Position numbers and translations under genes: made by a program
DNA from: Phycisphaerales bacterium
Lineage (GTDB): Bacteria; Planctomycetota; Phycisphaerae; Sedimentisphaerales; Anaerobacaceae
NCBI GenBank assembly: GCA_020352215.1
Contig: CP070675.1
Location: forward strand, 4,626,137-4,690,136
Length of the DNA stretch: 64,000 bases
Reading direction: 5' to 3'
The notes under the pieces: model-generated
What the model saw: only the letters and a program-made list of their open reading frames with translations
What the model was told of the DNA's origin: nothing
The model's database searches: none
Part shown: positions 34,963 to 44,560 of the stretch, piece by piece
Position numbering within the stretch: the first letter of the stretch is position 1
How the letters are laid out: each line of letters opens with the position of its first letter

Positions 34963-37900
34963 ATGGAGATACGTGGATTTGTGAGAACGCTGTTGCTCGT
35001 GCTGATGTCTCTGATGCCTTTGGGGACCTGCGTCGGCGCCGAGTCCTGCCCGATTGGCGATCTAAATGGGGACTGTATAGTCAATTTCGGTGATCTCTGG
35101 ACCTTGGCCGACCAATGGTTGGACCCTTCGGGCGGTCCGGCCGACTTGGACGGCGTCAACGGAGTCAATGAAGCTGATTTTGCCCTGTTAGCTGGAAACT
35201 GGCGACAAGCCGGAGCCCTGCCTTTTATCAGCGAGTTCATGGCGACTAATGACGACACTTTACCGGATGAAGAAGGCAAGTTCAGCGATTGGATCGAGAT
35301 ATTCAACCCGACGGGTACGGTTATCGATCTTGGCGGTTGGCATCTCACCGATGATTCCAACGACCTGACCAAATGGGCGTTCCCGGCCGGGGTGGAGCTC
35401 AAGCCTGGCGCGTTCCTTGTTGTCTTTGCATCCGGCGAGAATCGCCGCGATCCAAACGGTACGTTACACACCAATTTCCAGCTAAGCGCCGCCGGCGAGT
35501 ACCTGGCACTGGTAGCCGCCAACGGTGTCACGATCGCCCACGAGTACGCGCCTCGGTATCCGGAACAGCTGGTTGACGTCTCTTACGGCCTGACGCAGTA
35601 CTCCTCCAAACTCGTTCCCGCAGGCGCGACGGTCTCATACCGCGTACCGGTCGCGGCCGATGCAGGCATGGATTGGACCGATCCTGGTTTCGACGATTCG
35701 GGCTGGGACACGGCGGAAACCGGGCTCGGCTTCGGATTCGGCGGCGTGGCGAGGACCGCCTATAACGACTGTGTCTACAGTGACGGCCAGTACATCGCCG
35801 AGAATGTCACGACCTACGGCATCGGCAGTGGGTTCGGCGGTCTCACTTCCGGGCTGCTGGTGGACCAGGCCACAGGGGACGATATGGGTATCGTCGCAAC
35901 CTTCAACCAGAACGGCGGCGTGAATTGGCAGCCCGATCCCGGCAATGGTGGGAGAGACAGTGCGGCAGGAACGGACGCATACAACACGTTCGGCGGCATT
36001 GCGGATATGACCGGCGTAGTATACTACGGCGGCACCGGCTGGTGGGTCGATCTGACGTTCACGGGGCTCAATCCCGCAACCGAATACACCTTCGCCACAT
36101 CCGCCACGCGCTGCAACTACGACAATCGGCTGACCATCTACACCCTCAGAGGCGCCGACGCCTATGCCAACGCCAGCACGGCCGGTGTGGATGTCCTGGC
36201 TGAAAACAAGGTGCGGTTCAACACGGGTGACAACTGCAGTGAAGGTTACGTGACTCGCTGGACCGGTATCAGAGCCTCCGACGGCAGCTTCACGGTCCGG
36301 GCCGAGGCCGATCCGAGTAGCGCCGAAGGTTACAAGGCATACTCATTCGATGTGTTCATGCTTGAGGGTGGTTACACTGCCTCTGACATCGAAGCACAGA
36401 TGCACGGCGTCAACGCCTCGCTGTGGGCCCGTGCCGAGTTCAACCTGGAAGAGGGCCAGACCGATATCATCGAACGCTTGACACTGAAGATGAAGTACGA
36501 GGATGGGTTTGTCGCATATCTGAACGGGCACGAGGTTGTCCGTCGCAATGCGCCCGCTTCTGTGCAGTGGGATTCGACTGCCACGCGCGACCGGGCGATG
36601 GAGGATGCCACCGTCTTCGAAGAGATTGACCTGATGGCCTTCAAAGGCTTGCTGCAAGCCGGCGGCAATGTGCTGGCAATCCATGGTCTTAACGATGCCG
36701 CTGCCGACCCCAACTTTCTGATTCTGCCCGAGCTGCTCGCAGCCAGCAATGTGGGCGTTGCTCAATACTGTACCACAGCGACACCGGGTACATTCAACGT
36801 TCCCGGCGCCAGAGGCGTTGTCGGAAAGGTCTGGTTCAGCCACGACCGCGGCTTCTACGACATACCTTTCCAGCTGACACTCTCGAGTGAGACCGACGGT
36901 GCCGAGATCCGCTACACCACCGACGGCTCACGGCCGACGATAACCCACGGCACAGTTTACACCGCCCCGATCACGGTCTACGGGACCTCAACCATCCGCG
37001 CCGTTGCGGTTAAGCCGGGCTATCTTGATTCCAGGGTCGACACGCACACGTACATCTTTGTTAGTGACGTGGTGCGGCAGTCGCCCAGCGGCCAAGCACC
37101 CGGTCCTGGTTGGCCCACGAGCAGCGTCAACGGACAGGTTCTCGATTATGGTATGGATCCCGACGTGACCAATAACGCGACGTACAGGTATATAGTTGAC
37201 GACGCACTGAAATCTATCCCAACCATTTCCATCGTAACGGACCTTGCTAACTTGTTTGATTCGTCAAGGGGCATCTATGTCAACGCCGGGGGCAGCGGCC
37301 GAAATTGGGAACGGCCCGCCTCTGCAGAGTTGATCAATCCCGATGGCAGCGAAGGCTTCCAGATTAATGCCGGCCTGCGAATCCGCGGTGGCTACAGCCG
37401 AGGCAGTTGGAACCCCAAGCATGCCTTCCGCCTCTTCTTCCGCGCCGAATATGGCCAGGCCAAGCTCAGATACCCGCTGTTCGAGGATGAGGGCGCCGAT
37501 GAGTTTGACTGCGTCGACCTGAGAACCAGCCAAAACTACTCCTGGGCCCACGGCGGTGGCGGTGGTAGGCACAACACGATGGTTCGTGAGGTCTTTTCGC
37601 GCGACGTCCAGGGTGAAATGGGTCATCCTTATACACGAAGCCGGTATTATCACCTGTACCTCAACGGCCACTATTGGGGCCTTTTCCAGACACAGGAACG
37701 CTCGGAAGCCTCGTTTGCCGAGTCATATCTCGGCGGCGACAAAGAGGACTTTGACGTGGTTAAGACTCCCGGCATGAACCCAACCGACGGCAATCGCGAC
37801 GCCCTTGACCGACTCTACTACGAAACGATTGCCGGCTTTGACAACACTGAGAGGTACTACCGAGCCCAGGGTCTGAACATGGACGGTACGCGTAATCCAG

Positions 37901-40900
37901 ACTACGAAAGGCTGCTGGACGTAGACAACGTTATCGACTTTATGATAATCGAATACTACACGGGCGACCGCGATGGCCCTGCCTCTCGATACACCGGCGT
38001 ACCTAACAACACATACGGCATCTATAATCGGGTCAACCCGGACGGCTGGAAATGGTTCCACCACGACAACGAGCACAGCCTCGGAGCCGGCTCGGCCGAG
38101 CTGAATATGGTAACCCCGTTCTCGACTGCTGGCGCACAGAGGCAGGCCTTCAACCCGCATTGGCTGCACGAACAGCTCATGTTCTCCAATCCCGACTATC
38201 GCGTGAGATTCGCCGACCGCGTGTACGCCGCCTTCTTCAACGACGGGGTTTTGACCGTAGGTGGTGCCCGGGCCCATATTCAGAATCGTGCCAACCAAAT
38301 CAACATGGCTATTATTGCCGAATCGGCCCGCTGGGGCGACGCCAGCACCCATCCTCCTCGCACCAAAGACGGTGACTGGATCCCGGAAATCGACCGCCTT
38401 CTCTACGACACGACGGACCACAGGCATTTGACAACGCGAGTGGCCACCGTTCTTGGCCAATTTCGAAGCGTGGGCTGGTATCCGGATGTGCAGCCGCCTG
38501 TGTTCAGTAAGTATGGCGGGCTCGTTCCCGACGGATTCAGTCTGCACCTTGGAGCGCCGGACGGCACTATCTACTACACGGTAGACGGTAGCGACCCTCG
38601 CCTGTCGATTGCGGCGTCGTCACCCGGTGCCACTGTGACGCTCATACGTGAGAACGCCGCCAAGCGTGTCTTCGTCCCCACCGGCGAGGTGGCATCCAGC
38701 AAAGGCACTATCCTTGCCGAGTACTGGTTTGGAATCGGTGGAACGGCCGTCTCCGATTTGACATCAAGCGCCGATTTTCCATTCTACCCCGACCAGACCG
38801 ACCACCTGACCAGCTTTGAAATGCCGACAGACTGGGCCGAGAACTATGGAACTCGCATAAGCGGTTATTTGCACCCGCCGAGAAGCGGCAGCTACACGTT
38901 CTGGGTCGCCAGCGATGACGGCGGCGAGCTGTGGTTGAGTACGGATGACAACCCCGCGAGGAAGGTTTTGATTGCCAATGTCCCAGGCTGGACCAGCTCG
39001 CGCCAGTGGGACAAGTACCCGCAGCAGCGGTCGGCCTCGATATCACTCAGTGCCGGGCGCAAGTACTACGTTGAGGCGCTGCAGAAAGAGCAGGGCGGTG
39101 GGGACAACCTCGCCGTAGCCTGGCAGGGCCCCGGGATTTCCCGGAATGTCATCCCCGGCCAATACCTTTCGCCGGCCGGTGTCGGCTGGATTACGCCCGA
39201 CTTCGATGACTTAAGCTGGCGCATCGGGGCCGGTGGGGTAGGCTATGAACGAGAACCGGGCGCCGCCGTGAACTACGCCGATCTAATTGACCTCGACGTA
39301 CAAGCCGACCTCTATGCTAAGAATAGCACCTGTTACGTCCGCATACCATTTATCGTCGCCAACACGGACCTCAGCGACATGACACTTGATGTAAGGTACG
39401 ACGATGGCTTCATCGCTTACCTCAACGGCGCTGAGATTCTTCGTCTCAACTTCGACGCCGATGCCTCACCGAAGTGGAATTCGGCGGCCGGCAGCAGTCG
39501 CTCTGATACGTCGGCCGTCAACTTCCAGAGCTTTGACGTGTCCGATCATTCCGGTCTTTTGCGCAAGGGCAGCAACGTGCTGGCTATCCACGGTTTGAAT
39601 CGCTCGGCCAGCGATCCCGACTTCCTCATCTCAGTCAAGTTGACCGCCAACGAGGTCGGCCAGGGGGACATCTCACCCAGGGCCGTCCAATATGCCCAGC
39701 CCATTACCCTGACCGAGGCTACCCGCGTCAAAGCACGCGTCTGGGACGGCGAGTGGAGCCCCCTGAGCGATGTGACTTTTGCAGTCGGTCCGGTGGCAGA
39801 AAACCTGCGAGTCACCGAGGTCATGTACCATCCACAGGAAACGGGTGATCCTGACGATCCGAACGCCGAATTCGTCGAACTCGAAAACGTCGGCGCCGAA
39901 ACTCTGAACTTGAATCTGGTGCGTTTCACCAACGGGATCGATTTCACATTCCCAAGTATCGAGCTTGCGCCGGGCGGATATGTGGTAATCGTCAAGGACA
40001 GAAGCGTCTTCGAAGCAAGATACGGCACAGGTGTCTACGTGGCCGGTGAATACTCCGGTCGATTGGACAACGGCGGGGAGCGAATCACTCTCGAAGACGC
40101 CATCGGCCAGACTATTCTGGACTTCAGATACAGGGACGGCTGGCACCCGATTACCGATGGCGATGGCTTTTCTCTGACTATTGTGGATCCTGCCCACCCC
40201 GATCCGAATAGCTGGCAAGACAAGGATTCCTGGCGTCCGAGCGCGCTGATAGGAGGCTCGCCGGATGAAGGCGACGAAGGCCTCGTCCCCGAACCGGGCT
40301 CTGTGGTCATCAACGAGGTACTGGCACACTCCCACGCCGGCGCCCCGGATTGGATCGAGTTGCACAACACGACCGGCAATGGCGTCAACATCGGTGGCTG
40401 GTTCCTCAGCGATAGTGACGCCGACGATGCCAGCCGAATGAAATACAAGATCGCCGACGGGATAGTGATAGGCCCATACGGATATGTAGTCTTCTACGAG
40501 GACGTACATTTCGGCAATCCCAGCGATCCGTGCAGTCTTGTCCCCTTCGCCTTGAGCGAGAATGGCGAGCAGGTGTGTCTGTCTTCGGCTCAGGGTGATA
40601 TTCTGACCGGCTATCGCGAAGTGGAGGATTTCGGCGCCTCGCCGACCGGCGTATCCTTCGGGCGCTACTTCAAGAAAAGCACCGGCAACTACAACTTCGT
40701 TGCCATGAGTCAGATCACTCCAGGCTCTACCAACGCCTATCCGAACGTCGGCCCCATCGTGATCAGCGAGATCATGTACAATCCCGAGTCCGGGAATCAG
40801 AACGAGGAATACATAGAGCTGTGCAACATCAGCGATTCTGCCGTGGCCCTCTACGACTACGTCACGGGCGTGCCCTGGCAGCTCACCGACGGGATCGAAT

Positions 40901-41295
40901 TTACCTTCCCGGACGATCCGGCCGCAGTCATACCCGCCAGTGGCTATCTATTGCTGGTCAAGGATCCCGCAGCCTTTGCACTCAAATACAGTGGTGCACC
41001 CTCCGGCGTCGAGATTCTCGGTCCCTATGACGGCCGGCTGGACAACGGCGGCGAGAGAGTCGAGCTATCGATGCCCGGTGACGTGGATACGCTCGGCACG
41101 CGTTACTACATCCGCGTTGACAGGGTCAACTACAGCGACGGTTCTCATCCGGAGAACTGCCCCGGCGGAGTGGACCTGTGGCCCGTTGCTGCCGATGGCG
41201 GCGGCGCATCGCTGAGTCGGCTGTCTCTGCCGCTCTACGGCAACGACCCCAACAACTGGACCCCAGCCGATCCCCCAACCCCCGGCCGACCGTAG
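34963..41295 (+). CDS. Giant secreted multidomain protein: dockerin-like repeats, four lamin-tail domains, ConA/LamG-like modules, CotH kinase-like domain, PA14 domain
   Basis: 2110 aa with a signal peptide. Dockerin-type pair: DLNGDCIVNFGDL / DLDGVNGVNEADF. Lamin-tail (LTD) signatures begin near 35225 (ISEFMATND...WIEIFNP), 39805 (VTEVMYHP...FVELEN), 40300 (INEVLAH..WIELHN) and 40755 (ISEIMYNP..YIELCN). CotH-like core spans about 37200-38350 (RIRGGYSRGSWNPKHAFRLFF). PA14-like segment spans about 38700-39130 (YWFGIGG...GYLHPPRSGSYTFWVASDDGGELW). Confidence 0.85.
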   Translation: MEIRGFVRTLLLVLMSLMPLGTCVGAESCPIGDLNGDCIVNFGDLWTLADQWLDPSGGPADLDGVNGVNEADFALLAGNWRQAGALPFISEFMATNDDTLPDEEGKFSDWIEIFNPTGTVIDLGGWHLTDDSNDLTKWAFPAGVELKPGAFLVVFASGENRRDPNGTLHTNFQLSAAGEYLALVAANGVTIAHEYAPRYPEQLVDVSYGLTQYSSKLVPAGATVSYRVPVAADAGMDWTDPGFDDSGWDTAETGLGFGFGGVARTAYNDCVYSDGQYIAENVTTYGIGSGFGGLTSGLLVDQATGDDMGIVATFNQNGGVNWQPDPGNGGRDSAAGTDAYNTFGGIADMTGVVYYGGTGWWVDLTFTGLNPATEYTFATSATRCNYDNRLTIYTLRGADAYANASTAGVDVLAENKVRFNTGDNCSEGYVTRWTGIRASDGSFTVRAEADPSSAEGYKAYSFDVFMLEGGYTASDIEAQMHGVNASLWARAEFNLEEGQTDIIERLTLKMKYEDGFVAYLNGHEVVRRNAPASVQWDSTATRDRAMEDATVFEEIDLMAFKGLLQAGGNVLAIHGLNDAAADPNFLILPELLAASNVGVAQYCTTATPGTFNVPGARGVVGKVWFSHDRGFYDIPFQLTLSSETDGAEIRYTTDGSRPTITHGTVYTAPITVYGTSTIRAVAVKPGYLDSRVDTHTYIFVSDVVRQSPSGQAPGPGWPTSSVNGQVLDYGMDPDVTNNATYRYIVDDALKSIPTISIVTDLANLFDSSRGIYVNAGGSGRNWERPASAELINPDGSEGFQINAGLRIRGGYSRGSWNPKHAFRLFFRAEYGQAKLRYPLFEDEGADEFDCVDLRTSQNYSWAHGGGGGRHNTMVREVFSRDVQGEMGHPYTRSRYYHLYLNGHYWGLFQTQERSEASFAESYLGGDKEDFDVVKTPGMNPTDGNRDALDRLYYETIAGFDNTERYYRAQGLNMDGTRNPDYERLLDVDNVIDFMIIEYYTGDRDGPASRYTGVPNNTYGIYNRVNPDGWKWFHHDNEHSLGAGSAELNMVTPFSTAGAQRQAFNPHWLHEQLMFSNPDYRVRFADRVYAAFFNDGVLTVGGARAHIQNRANQINMAIIAESARWGDASTHPPRTKDGDWIPEIDRLLYDTTDHRHLTTRVATVLGQFRSVGWYPDVQPPVFSKYGGLVPDGFSLHLGAPDGTIYYTVDGSDPRLSIAASSPGATVTLIRENAAKRVFVPTGEVASSKGTILAEYWFGIGGTAVSDLTSSADFPFYPDQTDHLTSFEMPTDWAENYGTRISGYLHPPRSGSYTFWVASDDGGELWLSTDDNPARKVLIANVPGWTSSRQWDKYPQQRSASISLSAGRKYYVEALQKEQGGGDNLAVAWQGPGISRNVIPGQYLSPAGVGWITPDFDDLSWRIGAGGVGYEREPGAAVNYADLIDLDVQADLYAKNSTCYVRIPFIVANTDLSDMTLDVRYDDGFIAYLNGAEILRLNFDADASPKWNSAAGSSRSDTSAVNFQSFDVSDHSGLLRKGSNVLAIHGLNRSASDPDFLISVKLTANEVGQGDISPRAVQYAQPITLTEATRVKARVWDGEWSPLSDVTFAVGPVAENLRVTEVMYHPQETGDPDDPNAEFVELENVGAETLNLNLVRFTNGIDFTFPSIELAPGGYVVIVKDRSVFEARYGTGVYVAGEYSGRLDNGGERITLEDAIGQTILDFRYRDGWHPITDGDGFSLTIVDPAHPDPNSWQDKDSWRPSALIGGSPDEGDEGLVPEPGSVVINEVLAHSHAGAPDWIELHNTTGNGVNIGGWFLSDSDADDASRMKYKIADGIVIGPYGYVVFYEDVHFGNPSDPCSLVPFALSENGEQVCLSSAQGDILTGYREVEDFGASPTGVSFGRYFKKSTGNYNFVAMSQITPGSTNAYPNVGPIVISEIMYNPESGNQNEEYIELCNISDSAVALYDYVTGVPWQLTDGIEFTFPDDPAAVIPASGYLLLVKDPAAFALKYSGAPSGVEILGPYDGRLDNGGERVELSMPGDVDTLGTRYYIRVDRVNYSDGSHPENCPGGVDLWPVAADGGGASLSRLSLPLYGNDPNNWTPADPPTPGRP

Positions 41296-41378
41296 ATTCT
41301 GGCGTATCATCGCGGTTCTTGTCGAGAATTTCCCGAACGATGGACCCCACCGCGGCGGCCCAAAGGACCGGTTTTTCC

Positions 41379-41406
41379 TTGACTTGCGACAACCTTCCTC
41401 TACAAT
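41379..41406 (+). promoter_or_regulatory. Sigma70-type promoter for the HAF/PEP-CTERM gene pair
   Basis: TTGACT (41379-41384), a 16-nt spacer, then TACAAT (41401-41406). GGAGG lies 6 nt before the ATG at 41438. Confidence 0.5.
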
Positions 41407-41437
41407 GGACTGTGTGTGGCTATTTCGGAGGTATGGG

Positions 41438-42559
41438 ATGATGAAACGGCACATCCTACTCTTAGCGGCTGTGGTGACATTTCTTTGCCCAGCCGGTGCT
41501 CGCGCTGGCATAGTCTACGAGGTCATCGACTTAGGCACACTCGGAGGCGATTGGAGTTGCGCCTCCTCGATCAACGATGCAGGCCAGATCGTGGGATTCG
41601 CGGAGTATAGGGAAGGAGATTACCGATGGCATGCCACTCTGTTTGATCCGACCGGGGGCGGCAACAATATCGACCTGGGCACACTCGGGCTCGAAGAAAG
41701 TCTGGCCACCTCCGTCAACAACTCCGGCCAGATCGTGGGATTCGCGCTGAGCATTGTTGGTTTGCGAGCCGCTTTGTTTGACTCTACCGGGGCTGGCAAC
41801 AACATCGCACTTGGAGGCGCTGCCGCTTGGTCCATCAACGACGCTGGCCAGATAGTAGGATCGGCGAACAGCGGCGTGGGCGATATGCGTGCCACCATGT
41901 TTGACCCGACAGGGGCCGCCAACAATATTGACTTAGGGACACTGGGAGGTGACCGGAGTGAGGCCTACTCAATCAACGACGCCGGCTGGATCGTGGGATC
42001 GGCGGCAAACGCCCACGGAGGTTGCCCTGCCACTTTATTCGACGCCACCGGGGCCGGCGACAACGTCGACCTCGGCACACTCGGAGGGGATGGCGGCGAG
42101 GCCTGGTGCATCAACGACGCCGGCAAGATCGTAGGGGTAGCACTGGATAATTCTGACAAGTGGCGAGCCACTTCATTTGACGCGACGGGTCGAGGCAATA
42201 ACATCGATTTGGGCACGCTCGGAGGCGATCAAAGTGGGGCCTGGTCCATCAACAACGCAGGCCAGATTGTGGGATGGGCAGAGTACACTCCGGGCGACTG
42301 GCGTTGCCATGCCACTCTATTTGACCCCGCCGGGGCAGGCGATAACATTGACCTCAATAGCCTCATAGACCCTGATAGCGGCTGGACCCTGATCGAGGCG
42401 CGCGACATAAACAACTCCGGCTGGATTGTGGGACAGGGCATCAATCCGCAGGGCGAAGAGCACGCGTTTCTTCTGGTCCCTGAGCCGGCCACGTTTGCCC
42501 TGCTCGGCCTGGGAATCCTGTTGCTCAGGAGACGCTCTTTTGGAGGAAAGGAACGATGA
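41438..42559 (+). CDS. HAF-family extracellular repeat protein with a PEP-CTERM sorting signal
   Basis: Signal peptide, then about 9 repeats of the type INDAGQIVG...ATLFDPTGAGNNIDLGTLGG. It ends HAFLLVPEPATFALLGLGILLLRRR (PEP-CTERM). Confidence 0.85.
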   Translation: MMKRHILLLAAVVTFLCPAGARAGIVYEVIDLGTLGGDWSCASSINDAGQIVGFAEYREGDYRWHATLFDPTGGGNNIDLGTLGLEESLATSVNNSGQIVGFALSIVGLRAALFDSTGAGNNIALGGAAAWSINDAGQIVGSANSGVGDMRATMFDPTGAANNIDLGTLGGDRSEAYSINDAGWIVGSAANAHGGCPATLFDATGAGDNVDLGTLGGDGGEAWCINDAGKIVGVALDNSDKWRATSFDATGRGNNIDLGTLGGDQSGAWSINNAGQIVGWAEYTPGDWRCHATLFDPAGAGDNIDLNSLIDPDSGWTLIEARDINNSGWIVGQGINPQGEEHAFLLVPEPATFALLGLGILLLRRRSFGGKER

Positions 42560-43623
42560 AAAGGCAAGCCTTACTCGCAGCGGCTGTAGTGACATTTCTC
42601 TGCCCGGCCGGCGCTCGCGCTGGCATCGTTTACGAGGTCATCGACTTAGGCACACTCGGAGGCCCTGGAAGTGCGGCCTTGTCCATCAATGATGCCGGCC
42701 AGATCGTAGGAGAGGCGGGAAGCCATGCCACTTTGTTTGACTCCACCGGGGCAGGCAACAATATCGACTTAGGCACGCTGGGGGGCGATAACAGTTCAGC
42801 CTACTCTATCAACGAGACCGGCCAGATTGTAGGGGAGGCGAAGAACGGCCAAGGCGCTTGGTGTGCCACTCTATTTGACCCCACAGGGGCAGGTAACAAC
42901 ATCGACCTTGGCGCACTCGTAGGCGGTGATAGTTTCGCCCGCTCCATCAACGATGCCGGCCAGATCGTAGGGCTGGCGGATGGGCGTGCCACTTTGTTTG
43001 ACCCCACAGGGGCCGGCAATAATCTCAACCTTGGCACACTCGGAGACGGTGGGAGCGGAGCCGCGTCCATCAATGAGACCGGCCAGATCGTCGGAAAGGC
43101 GGGCGGGCGTGCCACCCTGTTTGACCCTACGGGAGGCGGCAACAATATCGACCTTGGCACGCTTGGGGGCGATTTGAGCGACGCCTCCTCGATCAACAAT
43201 GCCGGCCAGATAGTAGGCTGGGCACGCAACAGCAAAGGCTACAGCCGCGCCACTCTATTTGACCCCACCGGGGCCGGCAATAATCTCGACCTGGGCCCGC
43301 TCGGAGGCGCTGAGAGCGAAGCCCTTTGCATCAACGACCTTGGCCAGATTACAGGAGGAGCGGAAAATAGCCAGGGCGATTGGCGTGCCACTTTGTTTGA
43401 TCCCACTGGGGCCGGCAATAACATCGACCTCAATACTCTCATAGACCCTGCCAGCGGCTGGACCTTGGTGAGCGCATACGACATAAATGCTTCCGGCTGG
43501 ATAGTAGGGAAGGGAAGCAATCCGCAAGGCGAAAAGCACGCATTCCTTCTGATCCCTGAGCCGGCCACGGTTGCCCTGCTTGGCCTGGGCGCATTGCTGA
43601 GAAAACGCAGGATACGCCGATAG
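42556..43623 (+). CDS. HAF-family extracellular repeat protein with a PEP-CTERM sorting signal (tandem paralogue)
   Basis: Same architecture as its neighbour. It overlaps the upstream paralogue by ATGA and ends HAFLLIPEPATVALLGLGALLRKRR. Confidence 0.85.
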   Translation: MKRQALLAAAVVTFLCPAGARAGIVYEVIDLGTLGGPGSAALSINDAGQIVGEAGSHATLFDSTGAGNNIDLGTLGGDNSSAYSINETGQIVGEAKNGQGAWCATLFDPTGAGNNIDLGALVGGDSFARSINDAGQIVGLADGRATLFDPTGAGNNLNLGTLGDGGSGAASINETGQIVGKAGGRATLFDPTGGGNNIDLGTLGGDLSDASSINNAGQIVGWARNSKGYSRATLFDPTGAGNNLDLGPLGGAESEALCINDLGQITGGAENSQGDWRATLFDPTGAGNNIDLNTLIDPASGWTLVSAYDINASGWIVGKGSNPQGEKHAFLLIPEPATVALLGLGALLRKRRIRR

Positions 43624-43680
43624 CGATCCCACATCGAGAAACCGCGGCTAGGCGGCCGCAGCGCCCCCAGCGGATCTCCT

Positions 43681-43815
43681 GCCCTTTTGCTCTTCTTGCG
43701 CAGATCCGCTCCCGGTTCAATCCCAAAGATGGCGGCAACGCCCTCAGCTGATTATCCGCCCGTTTTCTGCTTTTCTTTGGAAAACTCGCTCTCGGTTCAA
43801 TCCGAAAGATGGTAG
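43681..43815. repeat. Two-copy tandem direct repeat with an ~80-bp period
   Basis: CGCTCCCGGTTCAATCCCAAAGATGG (43707-43732) versus CGCTCTCGGTTCAATCCGAAAGATGG (43787-43812), 24/26 identical. The T/C-rich stretches just upstream of each copy are also related. Confidence 0.7.
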
Positions 43816-43820
43816 AATAC

Positions 43821-43850
43821 TATTCAAGTATTTGTACAATTACTTGAATA
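43821..43850. promoter_or_regulatory. Palindromic operator candidate upstream of the arsR-family gene
   Basis: Perfect 10-bp arms TATTCAAGTA / TACTTGAATA separated by 10 nt, ending 22 nt before the ATG at 43873. Confidence 0.55.
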
Positions 43851-43872
43851 GTCTCATATTTGAGAAGGTATT

Positions 43873-44166
43873 ATGTCTGACGGGAAGAAGGCGGCGAGAC
43901 TGGCCGAACTGTTTAAGTTGCTGTCCGTTGACGCGCGGGTTCGCATCGTTCAGCTCCTAAAAGGGGGAGCACTTTGCGTGACCGAGTTAACATCCAAACT
44001 CGGCATAACTGTGGCGGCAACGTCGCATCACCTGCGGCTTCTTCGCGGTGCCGGCATTGTCAAGGGCGTCAAACACGGCCTTTTCGTGTATTATGATCTG
44101 AATAAGAAGAAGATGGCGGAGCTGGACAAGGCTGCCGCCGAACTGCTCAAACTGGGCGTCAAATAA
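43873..44166 (+). CDS. ArsR/SmtB-family winged-helix transcriptional regulator
   Basis: 97 aa. ELFKLLSVDARVRIVQLL...CVTELTSKLGITVAATSHHLRLLRGAGIV is the canonical ArsR HTH. Confidence 0.85.
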   Translation: MSDGKKAARLAELFKLLSVDARVRIVQLLKGGALCVTELTSKLGITVAATSHHLRLLRGAGIVKGVKHGLFVYYDLNKKKMAELDKAAAELLKLGVK

Positions 44167-44183
44167 GGGCAATCAGCAGCCAC

Positions 44184-44213
44184 TACTCAGGTATTTGCGT
44201 AAATACTCAAATA
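44184..44213. promoter_or_regulatory. Second, related operator-like site just downstream of the arsR-family gene
   Basis: cTCAgGTATTTGcgtaaaTACTcaAATAG here versus tTCAaGTATTTGtacaatTACTtgAATAG at the upstream site. About 20 of 29 positions are shared, including the half-site cores. Confidence 0.4.
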
Positions 44214-44560
44214 GCTATTTCTGACTCTTCTGCGTTCCTCTGAGTCTATGCTGGCATTGCAGAGGCGTTCCCGGCAAGGGAACACGCGGTCGCAGCCATG
44301 ATTGGCGTCCCACCGAGGGCTCAACTATGAGTTAGGGCTACCGGTCGTCTAACCGGGCAAATCTGTCCAAATCCGCAATATTCCTGAGATTTTGTTTGAC
44401 GGGGCCTGATCCGTATGGTAAATAGATAACAGAATATGAACACTAAAAGGATAGGAGTTAGCAGGCGTAAGCCGGAAGACAGCCCACAGATCGCGTACGC
44501 AGGAGACATGAGCGGGCATGCGAGGGCTGATCCGGGCAGAGTCGGAGCCCAATTTCTGGG

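Noticed and set aside
43707-43812. GGTTCAATCC in both copies of the tandem repeat resembles a tRNA T-loop, which might indicate a tRNA gene or an integrase att remnant.
   Set aside because: The flanking bases give only 2 bp of T-stem. No acceptor, D or anticodon arms can be drawn, and there is no integrase nearby.
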